A DNA stretch of 64,000 bases, taken from an uncultured bacterium (GTDB taxonomy: Bacteria; UBA8481). A program made the translations under genes and the position numbers. The DNA lies in contig CAZCME010000011.1 of assembly GCA_964499705.1 (NCBI GenBank), positions 62,001 through 126,000 of the forward strand, in the 5' to 3' direction. The notes beneath the pieces are model-generated. The model worked only from the letters and a program-made list of their open reading frames with translations. It had not been told where the DNA came from and made no database searches. Below, piece after piece: positions 52,323-61,728 of this stretch (the stretch's first letter is position 1; the number at the start of each line of letters is the position of its first letter).

Positions 52323-53221
52323 GACGCGCGGATCTAAAAATCTACTGGCATGATCATCGTAGGCATCACCTGTCCCGACCGCATACAGCCGGTTTGGTGG
52401 GATTCGAGACTCTTGCGAATTGGCTAAACGCCCTGCAGATCGAGGCCCCATTCACGTTAAGCAGCGTGAATGGACCCTTTCTTGCTTTAGTTCATGCTGG
52501 AGAATATGAAGACTATGAGGCTTGGGAGAAAGAGGCGGATGATGCTCAAAAGCGATATGTGGTTCTTGTAAGTAGTGAGGGCGAATCCGGCCATAGAGAT
52601 CGTCCACCGGGGGTAGTCGCTCTGTCTGAACCATTGCAGGACTTTATGAAGCATATATCCCAAACCGAAGCAGAGTGGTTCGCATCGACTATCCGGGCTG
52701 GCGACCCGGATTGGACATTTTTTGAAGAGAGAACGCTTGAACTGATGCATGTCCCCGTTCTTGCTCTTCTTTGCCAAGGGTATCTCGCTGTGCACAGCGA
52801 TCCTGATAGCGACGCCGAACCAGAGGTTGATTCTGCTGAGATTGCAAGTTGCAAGGATGCCCTCCATATCATGGGTTGGACCGCGCTGAGGGCTCGCAGA
52901 AAAGAGGCTTCGGAGCGGAATAGGGCCGTCGCCCCTCTATTTGCGGATAGGGCTACTTTGAAGGGAGAAGTCGTCTCTTCAACATGGGATGGTTGGAAGG
53001 CCTTTACCAACCCTGAGGTGGACTGGCGTGGCAAAAGCAAAGAAGAATGGCAGAAGGGTGCGCCGGAAGCAAAATCCGAGTGGCATCTGGTGGAAGCTCT
53101 GTTCGATCAAATAGGCCCTGCTCAAACTCCTGTCACCCCGGGAGTGGTGGCCCGTGCGTATATCGCGGTCGCCGCAAATCTTGGAAATGCCGATGCTCTT
53201 AAAATGATCGGGTCACTCTGA
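52307..53221 (+). CDS. hypothetical protein, N-terminus possibly degenerate receiver-like fold
   Basis: beta/alpha pattern LALVH...YVVLVSSEG; overlaps upstream gene. Confidence 0.55.
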   Translation: MAKDMRRADLKIYWHDHRRHHLSRPHTAGLVGFETLANWLNALQIEAPFTLSSVNGPFLALVHAGEYEDYEAWEKEADDAQKRYVVLVSSEGESGHRDRPPGVVALSEPLQDFMKHISQTEAEWFASTIRAGDPDWTFFEERTLELMHVPVLALLCQGYLAVHSDPDSDAEPEVDSAEIASCKDALHIMGWTALRARRKEASERNRAVAPLFADRATLKGEVVSSTWDGWKAFTNPEVDWRGKSKEEWQKGAPEAKSEWHLVEALFDQIGPAQTPVTPGVVARAYIAVAANLGNADALKMIGSL

Positions 53222-53274
53222 ATGAGCCACTTTATGGCGGAATCCTACGCTATGAATCTTTCCGAGCGCGACGA

Positions 53275-53814
53275 ATGACTGCTTCGGCCTGGCATGAGGC
53301 GTGCAATCGGTTTCATCATAAGTTTCTGAAAAACACGCTTCTGGGTGCGCATCTCGCCTCTCTTGCGGGAGTTTTAGGCCGGCCGGCGCCCGATCTGGAG
53401 GTTGTTCAGGGGCACATTGAGAAAGATTTGCCGATCTGGCGAAATAATAGGGAGACGGCGCAGAGACTGATCGATACCTACGTGGACGAGACCTCTCCAA
53501 GAGTTATTGTCGAGCAGCGGCTTCTGGCCGTTTTATCACGTGAGACCAGATCATGGCTCGGGCCGCTCGTTCACGAGCTTTGGCTAGTCAGAGAGTCGAT
53601 CTTGGAGCGGCAGGACGTGATGAAAACATCTCTTCGGCATATGAATGAGGCATTCGAGGCGCTCATGGCAGCGGCGGAACCGGCGGAATCTATGACTTCA
53701 GAGGATCTTGAAGGGCTCCAGCCCCTCTGTGAAACGCTCAAGGAGCGGTGTGGTGACCTCATTCACGCTTTTGAGGATACTCGATCCGCCGGCAACAGGG
53801 TACTTGTGGCATGA
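53275..53814 (+). CDS. helical hypothetical protein with H-box-like motif
   Basis: WHEACNRFHHKFLKN; ATGA overlap with activator. Confidence 0.65.
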   Translation: MTASAWHEACNRFHHKFLKNTLLGAHLASLAGVLGRPAPDLEVVQGHIEKDLPIWRNNRETAQRLIDTYVDETSPRVIVEQRLLAVLSRETRSWLGPLVHELWLVRESILERQDVMKTSLRHMNEAFEALMAAAEPAESMTSEDLEGLQPLCETLKERCGDLIHAFEDTRSAGNRVLVA

Positions 53815-55601
53815 ACGACCTGCCTCGCATTCTCTTCATCGACGATCAGTATGGCTGGAATCCGAAGGGCGAAAATCGACTCAGAGATTCATACTCACGT
53901 GAGCGCCTCATGTACCAGTCGGCCAGGCCAAAGGTTGTCCTGCGCGAAGAGGCTGTGGCCGAGGTAGTCTTCTGCCCCGGCCAGATCGTCGAAGACGGCG
54001 TGGCGCGCAACGACCTCGATGGAACCCTACTCGCTATTGAATCTGGTTGGTTGGAAAAGGGCCGATGGGCACTTGTGCTCCTTGACCTTCATTTTGCCGC
54101 CGGTCCGATCAGCGCGGACGGCGATTGTGACGGTTTGCCCGAAGACGAGGATCCCAGGCGTTACTTTGGTCTCCGGATACTTGAAGCGATCGCTGCTCAG
54201 CCTCGATTCAGACACTTGCCGATTGTGATTACCTCAGCCATGAATAGAGAGGAGGTCGAGAGCCGATTCTCAAACTTGGGTGCGCTTCATTTTGTTGACA
54301 AGCCTGCACTCACCGCGGACGGACTTCGTGAGATACTTTTTACTCAAGGCTTGTGGTCTGACCCCGAGGCACTGGGGAATTCTCTGCCGTTTCTCATGGC
54401 GCTTCGAGAGATTCGGGTCAGGTGTCGAGGAAAGTCTGAGAACATTCTCATACTCGGAGAAACTGGAACGGGAAAGGAGTTCATGGGCAGGTATGCCCAT
54501 CGTCATTCCGGGCGCTCCGGAGAGTTGGTCACGCTGGGAAATGTGCCCGAGACCCTGATTGAGGACGAGCTCTTCGGTCACGAAAGGGGCGCCTTCACGG
54601 GCGCCGCCGGTGTAAAGCAGGGTCTTGCGGAGCGCGCGGATGGCGGAACGCTCTATATCGACGAATTCGGCGATATTCCCGCGAGTTGCCAAGTTAAACT
54701 GCTACGGCTTCTTGACCGTAATACACGCGAGACGCGCCGCCTGGGCCAGACGGCGCAACCCCGCCGCGTGGACCTTCTCGCGGTAATGGCGACGAATCGC
54801 GTCGATATTCTCGACTCCGGCGATTTTCGCGGTGATCTTCTGCAGCGCGCCAAGATGACTCATCCCGTCATCTTGCCGCCGCTCCGTGATCGCCGGGTAG
54901 ATATCTCTTTGCTCGCCGAGCATTTTGTGCGGCGCTATGAGACAATTCATGGCGCGGAGCGAAGGGAAATAACGGAAGAAGCGATGGATGCCTTGATGGC
55001 ACACGAGTGGCCAGGCAATATTCGGGAACTCGACAACACGATTGATCTGGCGGTACTGAGATTCAAGGGACTTCGCAAGCTCGTTCCCGGACATCTGGGG
55101 CTGACATCGAGCCGTCCACCGGCCTCGGCAAGAGCCGATCGAGTCACCACCGCACGGGGAACTGGAAAGGGCGGCGGCTTGCCCCCGGAAGAACGGAGTC
55201 CGGAAGTCGTATCCGCAGATCATGATATTGTGTTTCAGGATCTTCCTGCCGCACTGGACGCGGTAACCCTAGACCATCTTCAGTATGAGTCGTGGGCAGG
55301 AAAGCTGCCGGAGATTCAGGAGGCAAATAATCGTCTCATTGCGCGGCTTGTCAGGGTTGCGCTGGAGGGCACTCTTCGCCGATCGCTCGACAATAAGAAG
55401 GGAACGGTGCAGATTCACCCAGCGATGAAGGCGTTGACCGGCGACGCGAAACTTACTGCAAGCAAAGCAGCGGATCTGATTAAACGCCTGGCCGGCAATT
55501 CGCCGGTCTTTGTCGAATGGTGTGACGATCCGCTTCTAAAAGAAGCTCTGGAGAAAGCAAAAACCCTGCGCCCGTCGTCCGGCGGAAGAAGGCGCCGGTA
55601 G
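53811..55601 (+). CDS. sigma54-dependent activator (receiver + AAA+ bEBP)
   Basis: ILFIDD/LVLLDL/VDKP receiver; GETGTGKE, ELFGHERGAFTGA, YIDE, ATNR, WPGNIREL. Confidence 0.93.
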   Translation: MNDLPRILFIDDQYGWNPKGENRLRDSYSRERLMYQSARPKVVLREEAVAEVVFCPGQIVEDGVARNDLDGTLLAIESGWLEKGRWALVLLDLHFAAGPISADGDCDGLPEDEDPRRYFGLRILEAIAAQPRFRHLPIVITSAMNREEVESRFSNLGALHFVDKPALTADGLREILFTQGLWSDPEALGNSLPFLMALREIRVRCRGKSENILILGETGTGKEFMGRYAHRHSGRSGELVTLGNVPETLIEDELFGHERGAFTGAAGVKQGLAERADGGTLYIDEFGDIPASCQVKLLRLLDRNTRETRRLGQTAQPRRVDLLAVMATNRVDILDSGDFRGDLLQRAKMTHPVILPPLRDRRVDISLLAEHFVRRYETIHGAERREITEEAMDALMAHEWPGNIRELDNTIDLAVLRFKGLRKLVPGHLGLTSSRPPASARADRVTTARGTGKGGGLPPEERSPEVVSADHDIVFQDLPAALDAVTLDHLQYESWAGKLPEIQEANNRLIARLVRVALEGTLRRSLDNKKGTVQIHPAMKALTGDAKLTASKAADLIKRLAGNSPVFVEWCDDPLLKEALEKAKTLRPSSGGRRRR

Positions 55602-55618
55602 AAACAGCTTCGATGCCC

Positions 55619-57493
55619 TCAGCAGATTCTCGTCACTCGAATAAATCGCAATTGGTGCCACAACTGATATCTCTCGTCTGCATGGCGGCGGATTCTTTTT
55701 TCTTTCTCGGCATGGTGAACGGTTTTCCATTGCAGATCTCCGGAAACCTCGAGGAGATCAAGAGGAACCTCAATAGGCAATGAGACATCAGCCTCAACTT
55801 TATATTTTGAAACATCAATCTTTTGCGTTATGGCCTCTGCTATCTTCTCCCAGTCGAGCAATCCACTTATGACCATGAATATTCGGCCGCCAAGGCTCAA
55901 AAAAGCGGGCCCTGGCTCGATTAGTAATTGTTCCACCAGTTCTTGCCCTTGAAGGGGGTCGCGATCCCGCGCGACCAATGGCTTCTTCTCAGGTAGATAA
56001 GGCGGATTGCACAAAACAACATCCAACTGGTCACGTGGAAGAACGCACGGAGAGGAGTGGCTCAATATGAAGTGCATGCGTGGTTTGTCAGGCTCCTCCC
56101 CGAGAATACTGACAAGATTGTGGCGGCACGTTAACAACGCCCATTCATTGACATCTGTTGCGTAGACCTCTTCCAGAGAATCCTTGTATTGTTCTGTGAT
56201 TCCAGAAAGAAGAAACCCGCTGCCGCAGCCGATCTCGCAGACCCGCTTTGGTCGAAAGTCCTTTTCTTGATACAAAGTGCGGATCAGAAGCGCATGGAGA
56301 TTAAGTGTATCAATCGACGGTCCGGCAACACCCACTTCGGCTTTTACCTCTATCGCGTGTTGCTTGCTCCTGCCGTCGACCCAGCACTGACGTGCCAGGC
56401 GGATCCCTTTGCCTTTCTTAACAAGGTCATCAAGGATCGAATACTCCGAGGAGGGGAGATGTTGAAGATCTCTTATGGGAAGGAGAAGCCGCGGCGCGGG
56501 CAGTCGGCCGAGATATTTTACGGGCGATCCGGTTTCTGCGGCGGCGTCTTTTGTGGGGAGGTGAGCAAGGAGATCCACATAACGTAAGTCCGCCTCGTAT
56601 TGCCCAATGAGAGCCTCTACGTTACCTCTCCCAGGTGCAGGAAACGGGTCGCCGTCGGAGCGGAACTTCAGAAGAAAATCATTTACAACCGCATTAGTTA
56701 CGCTGGCCCATTTACAAAGTTCGCATAGCCGGTTGTAGGTATCGGCGGGAGTATGTCCATCCCGGCGAAAAAGATGTGCGAGAAGGAAATATACGCGAAG
56801 ATATTCTGGGTGGATAACGAGTGCCCGCTTAAGCAGTTCTTTGGCTGTCACTCCATCAGACCATTGAGACTCGGCTTCATTGCAAAGCAAGCTTGCGAGA
56901 TTGAGAGAAACCGCGCGGCGACCGGGCCAGTTGCCGAATATTACGGCATATTCATCCTGGGATATTTCCTGATTTTCTGGAAAGTCATCCCTTTTGCCGA
57001 GCAACTCGCTGCTGGAGAAACCAGGTTCCTTGCTGACAAGTCGATCTGCGAGCGCGGAAGCCTTCTCATTCGCCTTTTTTCGATACGTAAGCCAGTCGAT
57101 CTTCTCACGAAGTTCAATAAAGCAATCATCAGTCAAAGGAAGTTTCTTTAGAAAGAGAGCATCGCAGCCAGAGCGAATGAAAGCTTCATTTACATTGCTT
57201 TGCCCGCTCTGACCGGTCATTCCAATTATCGGAACCTTACGTGAATCGCGTCGCCATTTAAGTAGCTGGTGAAGCACATCCTCCAAACTCAGCTCATCTT
57301 GATTCTCGTCGTAAAAGACGAAATCAAGAATTACGAGATCCACATCATCAAGACTGGTCAGAAGCTCCGGGCTTTTGTATGTTGTTACATTCCAGTCTCC
57401 GTCCCGGCGTAGATTCGCTACGAGCGGTGATAAATGGGAGGTGTCGCACTCGTCGTCGACAAGCGCTATGCGAAGGCTTGATTCGTTGCTCAC
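55619..57493 (-). CDS. receiver domain fused to HemK/MTS-like methyltransferase
   Basis: IALVDDE, LVILDF, PIIGMTG, FLKK; EIGCGSG, TDVN, CNPPY. Confidence 0.82.
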   Translation of the reverse strand: MSNESSLRIALVDDECDTSHLSPLVANLRRDGDWNVTTYKSPELLTSLDDVDLVILDFVFYDENQDELSLEDVLHQLLKWRRDSRKVPIIGMTGQSGQSNVNEAFIRSGCDALFLKKLPLTDDCFIELREKIDWLTYRKKANEKASALADRLVSKEPGFSSSELLGKRDDFPENQEISQDEYAVIFGNWPGRRAVSLNLASLLCNEAESQWSDGVTAKELLKRALVIHPEYLRVYFLLAHLFRRDGHTPADTYNRLCELCKWASVTNAVVNDFLLKFRSDGDPFPAPGRGNVEALIGQYEADLRYVDLLAHLPTKDAAAETGSPVKYLGRLPAPRLLLPIRDLQHLPSSEYSILDDLVKKGKGIRLARQCWVDGRSKQHAIEVKAEVGVAGPSIDTLNLHALLIRTLYQEKDFRPKRVCEIGCGSGFLLSGITEQYKDSLEEVYATDVNEWALLTCRHNLVSILGEEPDKPRMHFILSHSSPCVLPRDQLDVVLCNPPYLPEKKPLVARDRDPLQGQELVEQLLIEPGPAFLSLGGRIFMVISGLLDWEKIAEAITQKIDVSKYKVEADVSLPIEVPLDLLEVSGDLQWKTVHHAEKEKRIRRHADERYQLWHQLRFIRVTRIC

Positions 57494-58065
57494 AGCGAAG
57501 CCTTATTGAAATTTGACAGGAGAACCTCGATATGGCCCCTGGCTTTCCGATACAGGCTGTCGATGGTTTTCACGGTCACTTTTAATTCATCATGCTCCAC
57601 GGAGTTCAGAGCGCGGAGCGCCAGCATACTCTCGTTTAGCCTCTCGATGGCATGTTTTATTCGATTGTGATTCTCGCTGAAATCTGTTCTAGCAAAGAAA
57701 AGATCATCTGTTAGCGGTTGAAGCCATTGTAGATTTGGCTGCCCCTCTGTATTAAGAAAATTCGATGTCGAAAATGGAGTCAGATTCCATGCTGTCAGGT
57801 TCCAGTCCCGAGCGGCGCTATAAGTCTCGTCCCACTTGTCAAAGAGCCAGTTAGCAGCATTATTACGGGAATCCATCTTGCCCATTTCCCTACGGCATTC
57901 GAAGGGACGACTGACTATGTCCGCAAGCTGCCTTAGGAAATCGGTTTTGATAGACCGGGCGCGGTGCCACTTGTGGTCCAAAGCTGTTCGGAGCCGTAGA
58001 AGGGCTTGTGACCAAGGAAATATCGCCATAGCAGAACTATATTCGGCTTCGATAGGATCCGGCAA
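57490..58065 (-). CDS. helical hypothetical protein, remote paralog of 53275..53814
   Basis: LDHKW; WLQPLTDDLFFART...IKHAIERLNESMLAL; GTGA overlap with REC-MTase; start uncertain. Confidence 0.6.
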   Translation of the reverse strand: MPDPIEAEYSSAMAIFPWSQALLRLRTALDHKWHRARSIKTDFLRQLADIVSRPFECRREMGKMDSRNNAANWLFDKWDETYSAARDWNLTAWNLTPFSTSNFLNTEGQPNLQWLQPLTDDLFFARTDFSENHNRIKHAIERLNESMLALRALNSVEHDELKVTVKTIDSLYRKARGHIEVLLSNFNKASL

Positions 58066-58211
58066 GGTCGAGTAGATCTCAGAAAAGTTCCGATCACAAT
58101 TCTGAACGAGACCGCGCCTTGTGCAGGCAGGGATGAAACTGCGAGTATCAATCCGGTTCCGTTGCGGTTTGAATACTGGACGAAGACCGAATATTCCCAG
58201 CAGCCTGTGCG

Positions 58212-58226
58212 TGGCACGTGCTTTGC
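58212..58226 (+). promoter_or_regulatory. sigma54 (-24/-12) promoter
   Basis: TGGCACG-TGCT-TTGC(A), full consensus. Confidence 0.85.
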
Positions 58227-58488
58227 ATTTCTGCTACTCCAGGACGGCGGGCGCGAAAGCGTCGGAGTCCGGGACAGAGTTTCCGCGGCGGCTAATCGCC
58301 GTCGCGGACTTTGTCAACGGGCCTATACATAGAGAATCGCCGTTCTCCTCTGTTTCGGATCAAATCGGTTTTTTCCGATATTTCCTCCTGTTGCCCTCCA
58401 CAAATTCGCGAGTGATCGAAATGTTGCGGTCTTCGTGACCGCACATGGATTGCTACAGATCAGGTAGATGAGGAAAAGGAGGATTTCG

Positions 58489-59394
58489 ATGAGGGCTAGG
58501 GCTGGATTTTATGCTGGAGCGCTGCTGGCTGTGGTGGTGTGCGCTGCTTCTGTGAGAGCGGAGACTGTTGGCGAGACACGTGAGCGGAACGTGATCGATG
58601 TGTTGCTACGGACGGTTTCGGCGCGTCTGTCGAACTGGTTGGTGACGGGCCAACGGCCGATCGACGTCAGTTCAGGTGAATCCATCCGGCGCGAGGCTCT
58701 CGACTTTGCCTTGACGGTCGGCGGCGGAGGTATGTTGGCGGCTCATTCGGATCGGAGCCTTCTCAACGGAAACTACAATCTGGCGGACATCGAGAACCTC
58801 GAAGCGGTTTCGATGATCGACAACTACGGCCGCCGGGAGCACCCGCTCGGATCGTTGGCGTTCGCGGATATCGGAATCGCGAGTGCTTCGGTCGCAACGC
58901 CCTTCAGCCGGCAGAATAAACCGGGCAGGATACTCTTTGACTTCAACATAGCTCCCGCCCGCGGTCTTTTCGAGGCCATGAGCGCGGCCGATGAAATCGC
59001 TTGGGAAGGCGCATCTCTTGTCTTCTACAAGCATTCCGGCCCGCTCGATCGGCTTGACGGCGACGGGTTCATCCCGGCGGGCGTGACGTACAGCGGCATG
59101 TATCCCGTCTTCGGTCCCGGGTTCGGGGCTGATCCAATCGTGGGAGCTCACGAGCGCAACCACCGAAATTTTGGCAGGCTTACCTATGCAGCCGAAGCGC
59201 ACTACCCCCTGAATGACTTCATCGGCGTTTCGAAGGATGACAGTTTCTTCCAGGTGCGCGGCGTCCGCACCGGGCTGCTCGGATACGGGTATCTATTGCT
59301 GGAGCATCAGAAGCCGTATCACGAGCGTCGGTCGGAAGAAATCGCATGGTATTTGACAACCGGTCAGTACCCGCCGGTTCAAATTGGAAATTAG
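58489..59394 (+). CDS. secreted hypothetical protein with HExxH motif
   Basis: RBS aggagg, signal peptide ending VRA, GAHERNH. Confidence 0.65.
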   Translation: MRARAGFYAGALLAVVVCAASVRAETVGETRERNVIDVLLRTVSARLSNWLVTGQRPIDVSSGESIRREALDFALTVGGGGMLAAHSDRSLLNGNYNLADIENLEAVSMIDNYGRREHPLGSLAFADIGIASASVATPFSRQNKPGRILFDFNIAPARGLFEAMSAADEIAWEGASLVFYKHSGPLDRLDGDGFIPAGVTYSGMYPVFGPGFGADPIVGAHERNHRNFGRLTYAAEAHYPLNDFIGVSKDDSFFQVRGVRTGLLGYGYLLLEHQKPYHERRSEEIAWYLTTGQYPPVQIGN

Positions 59395-59408
59395 GAAGGA
59401 GGTCGGCG

Positions 59409-59840
59409 ATGAATACTGCGGCAAGTGCTGGAAATCTGGAGCACTTCGGAATGGCAGTAACTCTTCTGGGAAGCATGCCTGGGTGTGCGGAAAACGATGG
59501 CGCGCTGATCGTGCAGACCTTGAAGACGATTTTCAGGATGGATCCCGCCGTACCGGACCGGCTTCAACGCGACCGATTCGTTCCGACATGGATGGTGGAT
59601 GTGACACGCCTCATCGCTACTGAGCTATCCTCCCGCCCCTCCAGCGCGTCGAAGTTGCTAGAGATCGCTCGGGAGCTGAAGCGCAAGAGCGAATGTCTGG
59701 AAAATGCGATCCAAGCGGCAGACGGATACTTGGGCACTGACAGCAGTAGCGCTCGACGCGACGGGCTGGCCAGCGTGAGCTGGCTTTCGTTGAAGCCCGC
59801 GCGCCGGGACCAGGAGTTCGGCTTTAAGGAGGTGATCTGA
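59409..59840 (+). CDS. hypothetical protein
   Basis: strong RBS aaggaggt. Confidence 0.65.
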   Translation: MNTAASAGNLEHFGMAVTLLGSMPGCAENDGALIVQTLKTIFRMDPAVPDRLQRDRFVPTWMVDVTRLIATELSSRPSSASKLLEIARELKRKSECLENAIQAADGYLGTDSSSARRDGLASVSWLSLKPARRDQEFGFKEVI

Positions 59841-59843
59841 CGC

Positions 59844-60056
59844 ATGAACGACGTTCGGAAGACCGCGCGGCGGGTAGTGATCGTGGGAATTATCGCGGCG
59901 GGAATCTTGCTTCCGGGATGTGTGTTAATGCCGCAAATCATCATCGTGCGGTTCGATGACCTGAGGTCGGATTTGATAGCACTTGAGGCGTCTCTCGAGG
60001 ACGGCGCATGGACGCGCGAGGGTGCTCCAACGATGGCTTGGAGAAGCCGGCGTTGA
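59844..60056 (+). CDS. small putative lipoprotein
   Basis: RBS aaggaggtga, lipobox-like LPGC. Confidence 0.5.
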   Translation: MNDVRKTARRVVIVGIIAAGILLPGCVLMPQIIIVRFDDLRSDLIALEASLEDGAWTREGAPTMAWRSRR

Positions 60057-60216
60057 TTCCGGGGTGGGATGTGAGCGAGCCGAAACCCGGAGAGAGGAGA
60101 GGCTGATGTCAACAGAAATCGGAAGCGATTACTTTCTCGGATAAATATTCGGATGCTCCCTATCGGCTGGAGAAAGAGTTAAGTGTTGGTATGTGAGTGA
60201 ACTGGCCTCAACGCAC

Positions 60217-60918
60217 ATGAGTCAGCTGGTAATCATCACCAGCCTGATTACGTCGATGGTATGCGTGCAGATGCCGCTGGAGATAGCGGCAGGAAAGGAG
60301 ATAAGACAAATGCTCTGGTCGCGTGATTATGGCTTTGTAAGGCGATACGTCGAATTTGTGGTTTTGGAGACCGTTCGTGCAGCGCTGGCGTTATGGATAG
60401 TCCTGTGGCACGGCGTCATCTTCGGTCTTGCGGCGGGCGCCGCGATCATACTATCGAGCGATCAAACGCTCCTTTCCATCGTCGCCTGTTATCTCGGCGC
60501 GGTGATCGCGGGCGTCTTCTTCTACGTCGCGACACCGGGCATTTCCTGGCGAGTCATACGGGATTCCGTCGGTGAGGCGCACCTGGAGGTCGGTGTGCTT
60601 CCTCATGAAACGATGGCGGTTGAAGAGTTTGTTCGATGTATACGAGAAAAATGGTTTCGAAATCTCAACGAAGGAGGCGAGGAAGATATCGAAGCCGATG
60701 AGGTTGTGGCTGCAGCGGCGGAGGCGGAGTCTTTGCCGTGCGACTGTGACGAAGGAGGAGCGGATGCAAACAAAGCTGAAGAAACGGGTATCGGGGATGT
60801 CGCGCGTGAGGATTGCCCTCTCGCGCTCAATGGCGAGGAATTCGTCCTGCGGGACGCATTCCTCATGGACGTGGCGCCGATCGATTCGGGCGCTCAAGGA
60901 GAACAACATGTTCAATAA
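60217..60918 (+). CDS. membrane protein with acidic C-terminal tail
   Basis: three hydrophobic segments then D/E-rich tail; start uncertain. Confidence 0.55.
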   Translation: MSQLVIITSLITSMVCVQMPLEIAAGKEIRQMLWSRDYGFVRRYVEFVVLETVRAALALWIVLWHGVIFGLAAGAAIILSSDQTLLSIVACYLGAVIAGVFFYVATPGISWRVIRDSVGEAHLEVGVLPHETMAVEEFVRCIREKWFRNLNEGGEEDIEADEVVAAAAEAESLPCDCDEGGADANKAEETGIGDVAREDCPLALNGEEFVLRDAFLMDVAPIDSGAQGEQHVQ

Positions 60919-61726
60919 TCGTTGGTGCGTCGGCGCTCTCGTCGGCGCGATCATGCTCGGCGGCGTCGCCTGTTCGAACGACAAGCAAGTTCGGCAGCCG
61001 GTTCATCCGGTGATTACGCCGACACCGTCAAATCAGTATCCGGCGTCCGCGATCACGGCGCCCCAGCCCGTCTTCGCTACTCCTGTCGCGAATCCGGTCG
61101 TTGCTCCTGCGCCTGTCGCGCCGGCGCCCGTGTATGTGGCGACCGCGGTGGTTTCAGCGCCGGAGCCGGTGGATCCGTGGCTGGTATGGAAAAGCGCGGA
61201 GCGTGGTTCGATGAATCGGTTCGAGCCGTCCGGCGAAGATCTCGTGATACCGCTCGGGATACGATCGCTTCCGGATAATGCGAGCGATGCTCAGGCAATT
61301 CGCTGTCTGGCTCTTCTGGACAACATCAGCTCGGAGGTCGAGCGCGCAAAGAGAAATCCCGCTTACCGCGTGGAAGTCTCGACGATCAAGGTTGAAGGAT
61401 TCACCCTCTCGGGCGCAACAGAGGGCCGATCGTCGGAGGTACTCTACGGGCGACTGCCGTGGAAAGCTGTCGAGCAGGGTGTCGTAACGAATCGTGAGAT
61501 CGCCTATCTGGCGGGTAAGCCCGTCGCGGTCAGAGCAGCGCTCGTCGTCCCAAGTTCGAAGCTGTCGAATTCTGAACGCCGTACCATTTCGTCGCTGGCG
61601 CATGATCAGATGTTGCGGGACAGCGCGGCCGTGGATGATCTTGTGACCGCAGGCCGTGCCAAGGCAGTGGCTGCCGAGGTGGACGCTCGCTTTACCGCGA
61701 CAACGTCGAACGATACCTGGCGATAA
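60908..61726 (+). CDS. lipoprotein with Pro/Ala-rich linker
   Basis: RBS aaggag, lipobox GVAC, PVVAPAPVAPAP. Confidence 0.7.
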   Translation: MFNNRWCVGALVGAIMLGGVACSNDKQVRQPVHPVITPTPSNQYPASAITAPQPVFATPVANPVVAPAPVAPAPVYVATAVVSAPEPVDPWLVWKSAERGSMNRFEPSGEDLVIPLGIRSLPDNASDAQAIRCLALLDNISSEVERAKRNPAYRVEVSTIKVEGFTLSGATEGRSSEVLYGRLPWKAVEQGVVTNREIAYLAGKPVAVRAALVVPSSKLSNSERRTISSLAHDQMLRDSAAVDDLVTAGRAKAVAAEVDARFTATTSNDTWR

Positions 61727-61728
61727 CC

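Noticed and set aside
53222-53278. 18-codon ORF bridging 52307..53221 and 53275..53814
   Set aside because: Could be a coupling peptide or frameshift, but is too short to distinguish from chance
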